Source of the DNA: Kiritimatiellia bacterium
GTDB lineage: Bacteria > Verrucomicrobiota > Kiritimatiellia > CAIQIC01 > Lenti-01
Direction: 5' to 3'
Length of the DNA: 64,000 bases
Assembly (NCBI GenBank): GCA_028681135.1
Contig: JAQUJC010000006.1
Span: 3,189 to 67,188 of the forward strand
Made by a program: the position numbers and the translations under genes. Position 1 is the stretch's first letter; each line of letters opens with the position of its first letter. The notes beneath the pieces are model-generated. The model saw only the letters and a list, made by a program, of their open reading frames with translations. It did not search any database and was not told where the DNA came from. Below are positions 53,198 to 61,605 of the stretch, in pieces.

Positions 53198-54187
53198 GTG
53201 ACATCGAATCCAGCAAGTACCTGGCTCGAATTGGATCAGGTGGCGGTGCGCTTCCCGATCCGGCAGGGCCTACTGGCCCGGGTGCGGGGGCATGTCCACG
53301 CGGTGGACGGGGTCTCGCTGGAAATCCGGCGGGGGGAAACGCTGGGGCTGGCAGGCGAATCGGGCTGCGGTAAGACCACGCTGGGGCGTGTGGTGGCGGG
53401 GCTGGAACGACCTACGGCAGGCGAGATGCGCCTCGACGGCCAGACGGTGTTTTCTCCCTCGGGCCGCAATCGCTTGGCCCAAGATCAGCGGCGGCGTATT
53501 CAAATGGTGTTTCAAGATCCGCTGGCCTCGTTGAATCCGCGGATGACAATCGGTGAGCTGCTGGCGGAGGGGCTGGTGGTACACGGGTTGTTGCAAGGGG
53601 AGACGCGCGAAGAAGCGGCTACGCGTTTGCTGAGCGAGGTGGGCATGGAGGCGGGGGCCTTGTGGAAATATCCGTTCGAGTTTTCAGGCGGGCAGCGGCA
53701 GCGGATTTGTATTGCGCGGGCGGTGGCGCTGGAACCGGACTTGGTGGTGTGCGACGAGGTGGTGAGCGCGTTGGATGTGAGCGTGCAGGCGCAGGTGATT
53801 AACTTGCTGATAAACTTGCGGCGGAAGCGGGGGCTGGCCTACTTGATGATTGGACACGATTTGAGCGTGCTGCGGCATGTCTCGCATCGGATCGCCGTGA
53901 TGTATCTGGGGCGGCTGGCGGAGGTCGGACCCGCAGATTCCATGGTCGAGGCGCCCCGGCATCCGTATTCCCGCGCACTCGTGGCGGCGGTGCCGGTGCC
54001 GGGGACGAGCCGCCAACGGAAGGCGCTTGTCGGCGAACCGCCCTCGGCGGCGAATCCACCGCCGGGGTGCCCGTTCCATCCGCGCTGCCCCCAGGCGATG
54101 CCGATCTGCCGCCGTGAAGCGCCAGCGGTGCGCGAGGTCGATGGCCACCGCGTGTGGTGCCATTTGTATCCAGAGACGTCCGCATGA
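53198..54187 (+). CDS. oligopeptide/dipeptide ABC transporter ATP-binding protein (OppF/DppF-like); no permease or substrate-binding partner in window
   Basis: Walker A (GESGCGKTT), the signature FSGGQRQR, and Walker B ([12 protein letters not shown]) are present. The Opp/Dpp C-terminal extension [12 protein letters not shown]...GCPFHPRCP is also present. It has a GTG start. Confidence 0.85.
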   Translation: MTSNPASTWLELDQVAVRFPIRQGLLARVRGHVHAVDGVSLEIRRGETLGLAGESGCGKTTLGRVVAGLERPTAGEMRLDGQTVFSPSGRNRLAQDQRRRIQMVFQDPLASLNPRMTIGELLAEGLVVHGLLQGETREEAATRLLSEVGMEAGALWKYPFEFSGGQRQRICIARAVALEPDLVVCDEVVSALDVSVQAQVINLLINLRRKRGLAYLMIGHDLSVLRHVSHRIAVMYLGRLAEVGPADSMVEAPRHPYSRALVAAVPVPGTSRQRKALVGEPPSAANPPPGCPFHPRCPQAMPICRREAPAVREVDGHRVWCHLYPETSA

Positions 54188-54302
54188 AATTCAAGATTCA
54201 AGGGCTGGTACCAATGAGAATATTGATAGTAAAGTTGTTTGTGAAGGGCTGACCCCAATGGCGTATATCCTGCTTGAATGTTGTCGTGCACCTGTTTGGG
54301 GG

Positions 54303-55499
54303 TCAGAGGTCGGTGTCGTCGATGACGTCGGGGTGGTAGCGGGCGGGGGGGAGGGGGGGGTCGGGGAAGAGGATGCGGTCGGCGGTAGGGCCGGTGGTGT
54401 CCAGTTCGAGATAGAGGGTTTTGTGCGGGCCAGGGGGGAGATAGAACGTTTGGACGTCGCCAGAAAATATCTGCTGAATGGCATCTTGTTGCAGCCGGTT
54501 GCGAAGGATATCGGGATGGCGGCGATGCTGAGCGAGCAGGAGCTGGAAGCGGGCGGCGGCGGAGTGGGCTTGCTCTGTTGTCCGGGTGCGATAGGTCCGG
54601 GCGGCATTGATGATTTCGGCAAACACGCCGGAGGGCTCGGGGCCGTCCGGGGTGCCGACGATGGTCGGGCGGGGTGCAGCAGGATCGAGGGGGGTGTCGG
54701 GGCCAAGGGTGTCGAGGGTGGCCAGGAGATCGGCATATCCGGGGCCGGCGGTCTCGCTTAAGGTGGCCTCGCGGTAGCGGCGGGCTTCCTCGATATCACT
54801 GGCTTTTTCACTTTGGGCCTGGTTGACAAGGGCGAAATAGGAGAGGAGGCGGGGATGGACATTATAGGTTTTGGGGGTGACGTGAACCAGCCGCAGGCCG
54901 CAGGCCAGCGCATCGAGTGTGTCCTGGGCGGCGGTTTGAATGGCCTCGCTGTCGATACGACCCTGAATATAATCATCCACGGTCATGCCGCCGACGGTTT
55001 TGACAATGGCTTGTTCCATGGCGCGGTGGATGAGTAGTGCGGCCTGATCCAGATGGCCCACCGCAAGGAGATACTGATGGACCTGGGTGATATCGATCTG
55101 GAAATCAGCGGTCCACTGGCCCTGGACAAGATTTTTGTCGCCGGTGAGGAGTGAGCCATCGATGCCGGGGACGAGGGCATGGCGCTGGGTGGCATAGAAC
55201 GCGTCATCGATGGCGACGTTTTGCAGGGTGGTGGGGATGCGAATGACGCGGTCGATGGGCGCGGGCAGGGCAAAATAGGGCCCGCCGGGCGGCAGAAAAT
55301 GTCCGCCGCTGTCCTGGAGGCGTCCCCAGCGGGAGCGAATGGCGATGGTGCCTTCCTCAACCCAGAAGATATTGCTGAAGCAGAAGCTGATGGCCAGCAC
55401 CGCCAGCACCACCCGCAGGAGGATGGACCCTTTGTGCAGGGCGACATCCAGGGCCGGGCTGGAATCGACGTCGGGAGTTGGAACGGGCGCGGGGGTCAT
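54303..55499 (-). CDS. SPFH/band-7 family protein (HflK-like)
   Basis: It has a single N-terminal TM and then a band-7 domain (EGTIAIRSRWGRL...). Its C-terminus is Pro-rich. Confidence 0.7.
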   Translation of the reverse strand: MTPAPVPTPDVDSSPALDVALHKGSILLRVVLAVLAISFCFSNIFWVEEGTIAIRSRWGRLQDSGGHFLPPGGPYFALPAPIDRVIRIPTTLQNVAIDDAFYATQRHALVPGIDGSLLTGDKNLVQGQWTADFQIDITQVHQYLLAVGHLDQAALLIHRAMEQAIVKTVGGMTVDDYIQGRIDSEAIQTAAQDTLDALACGLRLVHVTPKTYNVHPRLLSYFALVNQAQSEKASDIEEARRYREATLSETAGPGYADLLATLDTLGPDTPLDPAAPRPTIVGTPDGPEPSGVFAEIINAARTYRTRTTEQAHSAAARFQLLLAQHRRHPDILRNRLQQDAIQQIFSGDVQTFYLPPGPHKTLYLELDTTGPTADRILFPDPPLPPARYHPDVIDDTDL

Positions 55500-56530
55500 G
55501 GCTGCGCGGCGGGGGTGGGAATGGCGTCCGGAGCCGGTTGTGCGGCGGGGACGGGAACGAGTGCGGGATGGGGCATCGCGGCGGCGTCGGGTGCTGCGGG
55601 GGCGGGGGCGGACATGGCGGCGGGGGCGGAGCTGGCGGAGTGCAGAGATTGCAGGAGGTCAAAGGGGGCCAGGCGGGTATCGAGCAGGAACGTGGCATTG
55701 TTGGCGAGGGAGATATGCAGGGCATCGAGATTGCGCAGGAAGATGGCGAGGTCTTCATCTTCTGCAAACACGGCATAGGATTCAGCGGCGGCGGCATCGC
55801 CCTCGGCGCGGATGCGCTGGGCTTCGCGTTCGGCGAAGGCCAGGATGCGGTCGCGGTCGCGGTCGGTTTTGGCACGAATGCCGCGCGCCATCGCCTCGCC
55901 TTCCGAGCGCGCCTGCTGGGCGAGGCGCTGGCGGGTTTGGCTCATGCGGGCAAAGACGGAGCGGGTGATTTGTTCGGGCAAAATAATGCGGGAAATACCG
56001 ACGGTGAGGACGTCGATGCCGGTGTGTTGGCCATCAAGTTCGCCGCGCATGCGTTCGAGGAGGGCGCGTTCGGCGTCTGCGATGCGCAGGTGTTCGGGAT
56101 CGGTATTGGTCAAGTCATCGAAGGTGAAGCGGCCGATTTCGGAGCGAGCCGAGCGCAGGCGTTCGGCCAGAAAGCGTTCGCCATAGGCCGGGGTTCTGAA
56201 GGAGCGGTAAAAATCGAGGGGAGCGGCGATGCGCCAGGCCAGATAGGTGCGCAGGATGACCACCTGCTTGTCCTGGGTTTCCTGCTGTTCGAGGGTATCG
56301 GTGAAGAGGTGGGTGCGGCGTTCAAAGAGCAGCACATCCTGAATGGGCCAGGGCCATTTGAGATGCAGCCCGGCACCTTGGCCGTCGGCGTTGATGACAT
56401 CGGTCTCGGTGGCGCGGCCAAAAGTGGTGCGGATGGCGGTTTGGTCGAAGTCCACTTGATAGGTGCAGAGCACGAGCATAAACACAGCCACGAGGGCGAT
56501 GGCGAAGGCAATGAGTAGGATTCGTTTCAT
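55496..56530 (-). CDS. SPFH/band-7 family protein (HflC-like)
   Basis: It has an N-terminal TM (ILLIAFAIALVAVFMLVL) and a band-7 domain with a coiled-coil region. It overlaps its neighbour by 4 bp. Confidence 0.7.
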   Translation of the reverse strand: MKRILLIAFAIALVAVFMLVLCTYQVDFDQTAIRTTFGRATETDVINADGQGAGLHLKWPWPIQDVLLFERRTHLFTDTLEQQETQDKQVVILRTYLAWRIAAPLDFYRSFRTPAYGERFLAERLRSARSEIGRFTFDDLTNTDPEHLRIADAERALLERMRGELDGQHTGIDVLTVGISRIILPEQITRSVFARMSQTRQRLAQQARSEGEAMARGIRAKTDRDRDRILAFAEREAQRIRAEGDAAAAESYAVFAEDEDLAIFLRNLDALHISLANNATFLLDTRLAPFDLLQSLHSASSAPAAMSAPAPAAPDAAAMPHPALVPVPAAQPAPDAIPTPAAQP

Positions 56531-56554
56531 GGCAATAGGGTCCCGGGTGTGGTC

Positions 56555-58501
56555 TTAAGGGTCAGTGGGGTTGGTGGTCAGGCGGATGATGAGCTGGTCG
56601 CGGTTGCCGACCAGCATGTATTTGCGGGCGTCGGCCAGAGCGGATTCGATGGTGGTCATGACGCGGTGATTGAGGTAGGCGCGCGGGGCGGCGCGGTACA
56701 GCAGGCGCTCGGCGATAAAGCGGCCGGCTTGGCCGCGTTCGGTGCTGGGGCGCTGCCAGCGGTAGGCCTGGGCCGCGGACAGAATCTGAGCGACCGTGCC
56801 TTCGCATGGGTCCAGGTGGGCGGTCAGTTGCGCGGTGTCCGCGGATGCCGTCATGGCGGCGAGTAAATCGGCGGACTGTTCCATGGAACCTGAGACGCCG
56901 ACAAGGTCGCGAATGGCAAATTGCTGGGCGGTCTCAATGGCGGTTTCCCGGCCTTGCTGGGCGGAGACGAAGGCCTCGAAGTCCGTGGCGACGACCTGCG
57001 GGGGATGGACGCCGCCGATGCCGACATGCAAGACCGCGAGACCGAGTCCGAACGCGTCGCTGGCGGATTGGATTTCAGAGCGGAGAATGTCGGGCAGGTC
57101 AATGCGGCCCTGGCAAAAAAGGGTGTCGATGTCGTGGCGGAGGAGGGCCCGGGAGGCGGTCGCCATGGCGATGGCGGTAAAACAGGCGTCGGGATCGGTT
57201 GCCGAAAGCAGATAGCGCTGCGGATCGCGTACGCGATAATCCACGGTGACATCAACCCCCGCCAGGGAAATGGAGGGGGTTTTGGCGGTGCGCCCAGGGG
57301 GGGGGGCTTCGCCGGGGAGTGAGTCGGCCAGCATATCAGCCGGCGGAGCCACAATCAGCAGTTCGTCGTGTTCGACACCATGGGCATTGGACCAGAGAAT
57401 GGGCTCGCCCTCGCGATAAATGGCGCCGCTGGTGTCGGTTTGGCGGTGGGAGCCGACGCGGGTTTGGCGTACCTGCCCGACATCGACCGTTCGAATGCGG
57501 TCAATGGGCCAGGGGGCTTTCCAGTGGAGCCCGGCATCGAGGAGGATGCCGGTGGGGCGTCCGAAACGAAGGACCAGCGCGCGTTCGCCGGGGGTTAACA
57601 GCACAGCGGATGAAAGGCTCCACAGCAGTAGGACGGAGGCCAGCAGAGCGGGGACTAGCCCACGGGCAAAGGTTTTGAAAAACTGACTTTGGCTGGCCTC
57701 GAACCCCAGTTGGCGATGGAGCAGATCACGGAAAACTCGGGTCGCGTTCGAGGGGTGCGCGAGCATTTCGAGGACAAAGAAATCGAGTCGTTCGCGTTGA
57801 TAGTGGCCGGGGCGGCGGGGGCGGAAGAAATGGGCCCCGGCCCGCAGGAGAAGTTCGGCCACCAGTACCAGGTTCAGGCTGGTCAGTAGAATCAGACCGA
57901 TGCGGCCCGCATGGGGGATGGTGAGGTGAAGGGCGATGGCGGAGAGGGTGGCCAGGATCAGCGCGCCCACCAGTATCCGCAGAATACGATTGGCGAGGGC
58001 GAGATGCGGATTCGGGCAGCGGGCGACGACTTCGTTGAAATAAAAGCAGGTGACCAGGCCGACCGACGCCAGGACGGCCAGCAGGATGATGACTTGTAGC
58101 GGGATGGCCAGGAGCGCGTCGCTGGGCAAGGGGCGCAGGCCGAGGGCATCTTGTCCCAGCACCAGGACGATCCAGGCAGCGGCGGCGGTGGCATAGGTGC
58201 TGTGCCAGCGGCGCTTGCGAGCCTGAAGCTGGCGGCGCATCTCCGGGGACATCTCGTCGGCTTCCTGGCGGTCGAGGGTGATCCAGTTACCGCATAGCCA
58301 GACCACGGGCAACAGTGCATAGGCCAGGTGGGCCAGAACCCGGAGAAGCGGAGCGGACGTGGCAATATCGAACGCCAGCAGGCCGACCGTCAGCAAGGCG
58401 ATGGTGATGTGTAACTGGCGGGCAATGCCGGGGGTGATCGGCGGGGGTATGGCGGCCGCGGGAGCAGTGGGAGCAGCAGCAACAGGAGCAGGAGTGGTCA
58501 T
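56555..58501 (-). CDS. polytopic membrane protein with C-terminal SPFH/band-7-like domain
   Basis: Its N-terminal half has ~9 hydrophobic segments. The C-terminal half has an HflK/C-like segment (ALVLRFGRPTGILLDAGLHWKAPWPIDRIRTVDVGQ). Confidence 0.6.
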   Translation of the reverse strand: MTTPAPVAAAPTAPAAAIPPPITPGIARQLHITIALLTVGLLAFDIATSAPLLRVLAHLAYALLPVVWLCGNWITLDRQEADEMSPEMRRQLQARKRRWHSTYATAAAAWIVLVLGQDALGLRPLPSDALLAIPLQVIILLAVLASVGLVTCFYFNEVVARCPNPHLALANRILRILVGALILATLSAIALHLTIPHAGRIGLILLTSLNLVLVAELLLRAGAHFFRPRRPGHYQRERLDFFVLEMLAHPSNATRVFRDLLHRQLGFEASQSQFFKTFARGLVPALLASVLLLWSLSSAVLLTPGERALVLRFGRPTGILLDAGLHWKAPWPIDRIRTVDVGQVRQTRVGSHRQTDTSGAIYREGEPILWSNAHGVEHDELLIVAPPADMLADSLPGEAPPPGRTAKTPSISLAGVDVTVDYRVRDPQRYLLSATDPDACFTAIAMATASRALLRHDIDTLFCQGRIDLPDILRSEIQSASDAFGLGLAVLHVGIGGVHPPQVVATDFEAFVSAQQGRETAIETAQQFAIRDLVGVSGSMEQSADLLAAMTASADTAQLTAHLDPCEGTVAQILSAAQAYRWQRPSTERGQAGRFIAERLLYRAAPRAYLNHRVMTTIESALADARKYMLVGNRDQLIIRLTTNPTDP

Positions 58502-60372
58502 GGCAGGGCCTCGCCTTCCCGGAAGAGCCGCGACGCATTGAGGACAACGGCCAGGGCACTGCCAGTATGGAATAGAACAGCCAGCAGGGGGGGGATGACG
58601 CCTGCGGCGGAAAGGAGAATCAGTGCCGCAATCGAGGAAAGGGCAAAGAGCAGATTCTGATGGATGACGGCGACCGCACGGCGGGCGAGGCCGATGACAA
58701 ACGGAATTCGGTTGAGCTTGTTGTTCAACAGGACAATGGAGGCCGAATGGATGGCGACGTCGCTGCCGGCAGCCCCCATGGCGATGGAGACATCGCCCGC
58801 AGCGAGAGCGGGCGCATCGTTGACGCCATCGCCCACGACCGCGACGACATGGCCCTGTCGGCGTAGCTCCTGGACATGGTCCATTTTATCGGCGGGGAGT
58901 ACCTCGGCGTGTACATCGCACTGGAGCGTGTCGGCCACCTGCTGGGCGACAGCCTGGCGGTCGCCGGTCAGAATGACCAGCCGTTGAATGCCGCGGGTCC
59001 GCAGGTTGGCCAGCGTGGCGGGAGCATCGTGGCGCAGGGCATCTGCCAGGTAAATGGCCCCGATCCAGGTTCCGTTGCGCCCGACATGCAGCACACTGGT
59101 CCCCGTGTTGGATTGTGCTTCCGGGACGGGGCAGCCGTTGTCTTGTAGCCAGTCGGCTCGTCCGCAATAGATCGTGTCGTCGAGAATGCGGGCGCGAACG
59201 CCGCGGCCGGACGTTTCCTCGAAGTCGGTGGCGGCGGGCAGCGGGATATTGCGTGCGCGGGCTTCCTGGACCACCGCTTGGGCAATCGGGTGGCGGGAGG
59301 CGTGTTCCGCGCCGGCGGCAAGCCGGAGCACCTCCTCGGGGGCGGCGCCGGGGGCGGTCACGATCTCTACCGGAACAAACGCGCCGGTCGTCAGCGTGCC
59401 GGTTTTATCGAATACGACGGTATTGACATGGCCGGCGCGTTCGAGAATGGAGACATTCTTGATGATGACACCGAGCCCGGCGGCCGCGCCCAGGGCGGCG
59501 ACCTTAGCGCTGGGCACCGATAGCAGGATGGTGCAGGGGCAGGCAATGACCAGTATGGAAATGGCGCGGTTGAGTTCCCCGGTGAAGAACAGCGTGATGG
59601 CGGCGAGGGCGAGGATGAACGGGGTGTAATAGTGCAGATAGCGCTGGATCAACTGCATGGTCGGGGTCTGGCTGCTTTCGGCATCCAAAATCAGTTGCTG
59701 GATTTTGGCCAGTGTGCTGTCGGCGCCGGCCTTGGCGACTTCCAGTTCCAGAACGCCGGCGAGGTTGAGGGCGCCGCCAAAAACGGAGTCGCCAGGTTGT
59801 TTGTCCACGGGCATGGATTCGCCGGTGATGCTGGCTTCATTGACGGCGCTGGACCCGGTGGTGACGGTGCCGTCGGCGGGAATGCGGTCGCCGGGACGTA
59901 CGCGGACCCGGTCGCCAGGCTGTAACTGGGTATCGGCAACGATTTCTTCGCGGCCGTCCGGGGTGAAGCGGCAGGCGGTCCGTGGGGCCAGGCGCAGCAG
60001 GGCTTCGATGGCTTTGCGCGCGCCGAGCTGGGAGCGGTATTCGAGCAATTGGGACAGCAGCATGAAGAAGGCAATGGCCGCGGCGGTCTTGTACTGCGTG
60101 GAACTGAAGGCGGCGAGAAAGCCCAGCGCGGCCAGTTCATTCATCTCGGAGGCCCCGCGCCATAGGTCGATGGCGGCCTGATAGAGCAGCGGGCCGCCTA
60201 GCAGCAGGGCGGACAGGGCGGCGAGTAGATCGGAAATTGGCTCCTGGGGAAACAGGATGCGGGCAGCAAAGGCATTGCCCAGCAGAACGACGCCCAGTAA
60301 ACAGATCAGAATACGGCCCTGGAAGGTATGGGTGTCCGCTCGTAACATTTTTTGTAGAAACCGGTGAGCCAT
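58498..60372 (-). CDS. P1B-type heavy-metal translocating ATPase (CPC motif; no N-terminal CxxC metal-binding domain)
   Basis: The TM CPC motif (VIACPCTIL), the phosphorylation site (DKTGTLT), the TGES-like loop (ITGES), and GDGVNDAPALA are present. The start was chosen at MAHRFLQK. Confidence 0.85.
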   Translation of the reverse strand: MAHRFLQKMLRADTHTFQGRILICLLGVVLLGNAFAARILFPQEPISDLLAALSALLLGGPLLYQAAIDLWRGASEMNELAALGFLAAFSSTQYKTAAAIAFFMLLSQLLEYRSQLGARKAIEALLRLAPRTACRFTPDGREEIVADTQLQPGDRVRVRPGDRIPADGTVTTGSSAVNEASITGESMPVDKQPGDSVFGGALNLAGVLELEVAKAGADSTLAKIQQLILDAESSQTPTMQLIQRYLHYYTPFILALAAITLFFTGELNRAISILVIACPCTILLSVPSAKVAALGAAAGLGVIIKNVSILERAGHVNTVVFDKTGTLTTGAFVPVEIVTAPGAAPEEVLRLAAGAEHASRHPIAQAVVQEARARNIPLPAATDFEETSGRGVRARILDDTIYCGRADWLQDNGCPVPEAQSNTGTSVLHVGRNGTWIGAIYLADALRHDAPATLANLRTRGIQRLVILTGDRQAVAQQVADTLQCDVHAEVLPADKMDHVQELRRQGHVVAVVGDGVNDAPALAAGDVSIAMGAAGSDVAIHSASIVLLNNKLNRIPFVIGLARRAVAVIHQNLLFALSSIAALILLSAAGVIPPLLAVLFHTGSALAVVLNASRLFREGEALP

Positions 60373-60450
60373 GTACGTGCCACTAAATGGGGTGGGCTGT
60401 CTCCGGGGACAGGGCGGCGGGCCCATGCCCAAAGTATCCAGAAACAAGGA

Positions 60451-60479
60451 TTGACAAAATAGGGCTTTCTAAGTATGTT
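60451..60479 (+). promoter_or_regulatory. sigma-70-like promoter TTGACA-17 bp-TATGTT for the DtxR-family gene, with a candidate operator (TAGGGCTTT ... ATGTTAGGC) in the spacer and overlapping the -10
   Basis: TTGACA is at 60451-60456 and TATGTT at 60474-60479. The same ATGTTAGGC and TAGGGCTTT 9-mers recur in the feoB promoter (61546-61585), where TTGACC-18 bp-TATAAT is present. Confidence 0.4.
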
Positions 60480-60514
60480 AGGCAAGTCTAATAAATACTG
60501 CCAAGGACAATGCG

Positions 60515-61288
60515 TTGACCCGAACCGAGACATTAAGTGAGAGCCTGGAAGATTATTTGGAGACGATCTTCCTGCTGATCCGCGAGAAAGCAGTGGCGCG
60601 TTCGCGGGACATCGCCGAGCGGCTGAAGGTCAGCCGGCCATCGGTGACGGGGGCCTTGCAGGCGCTGGCAGAACGCGCACTGGTCAACTATGAGCCCTAT
60701 GGGCATGTGACGCTGACGCCAGCGGGAGAAGTGGAAGCAAAGCGGGTGGTGCGGCGGCACGGGGTGCTGAAGGATTTTATGGTCAAGGTCCTGTCGATCG
60801 GCGAGGCGGAGGCCGATGCCACCGCTTGCCGTATGGAACACGCGGTCTCCAAGAACGTGGTGGATCGACTGGTGGAGTTTGCAGAATTTGTAGAGACATG
60901 TCCGCGGGCGGGGGCGAAGTGGGTGCATGGGTTTGGCTATCGCTGCCAGGAGGCGGCCGCCGATCCGAGCCAGCAGTCATGCGAACGTTGCATTGAGCAG
61001 TGTTTGACGGACGTGAAGAAACGGAAACAAAAAGGGAACAAGACGATCGCGAGTGCAACATTGAAGGATCTGAAGCCCGGCGAGCGCGGGCAGATCGAAC
61101 GCTTGTTGGGGGGCGGCCCCGTCAAGCGCCGGATTGCAGACATGGGGGTGATCAAGGGCAGTCTGGTGGAAGTGGTGCGCGTGGCGCCGCTGGGCGATCC
61201 GATCGACATAAAAATCAAGGGCTACCACCTGTCGCTGCGCAAGGAAGAGGCCGCGGGCATCGCGGTCTCGCGGTTGCCGGAGAAATGA
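60515..61288 (+). CDS. DtxR/MntR-family metal-dependent transcriptional repressor with C-terminal FeoA-like (SH3-like) domain
   Basis: It has an N-terminal wHTH (LEDYLETIFLL...RSRDIAERLKVSRPSVT), a metal-binding/dimerisation domain, and a C-terminal FeoA-like domain (LKDLKPGERGQIERLL...GSLVEVVR). It has a TTG start. Confidence 0.85.
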   Translation: MTRTETLSESLEDYLETIFLLIREKAVARSRDIAERLKVSRPSVTGALQALAERALVNYEPYGHVTLTPAGEVEAKRVVRRHGVLKDFMVKVLSIGEAEADATACRMEHAVSKNVVDRLVEFAEFVETCPRAGAKWVHGFGYRCQEAAADPSQQSCERCIEQCLTDVKKRKQKGNKTIASATLKDLKPGERGQIERLLGGGPVKRRIADMGVIKGSLVEVVRVAPLGDPIDIKIKGYHLSLRKEEAAGIAVSRLPEK

Positions 61289-61292
61289 GGCG

Positions 61293-61529
61293 ATGATGCA
61301 CGATGTGGTGCGGCGCCCTCTGAGCTGCGTTTTGCCTGGCTCTACCGTCAGGCTGCGCGGAATTCGGGCGGGACGCGAGCTGGCAACACGGCTGTCGGCA
61401 ATGGGGTTTGTGCCGGGCGAAATGCTGCATGTGCAGTGTAACGCACGGTCTGGGCCGCTGGTGGTCGCGGTCAAGGGGTGCCGGATGATACTGGGCCGGG
61501 GGATGGCCGACAAAATAGCGGTGGAATAA
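61293..61529 (+). CDS. feoA: ferrous iron transport protein A
   Basis: It is a 78-aa SH3-like FeoA (LPGSTVRLRGIRAGRELATRLSAMGFVPGEMLHV). Confidence 0.8.
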   Translation: MMHDVVRRPLSCVLPGSTVRLRGIRAGRELATRLSAMGFVPGEMLHVQCNARSGPLVVAVKGCRMILGRGMADKIAVE

Positions 61530-61605
61530 AGGGGGGGCTTTTTTTGACCCCAATGTTAGGCCCTTAAAATATAATTAGGGCTTTGCAACAAATAACGAGG
61601 ACCGA

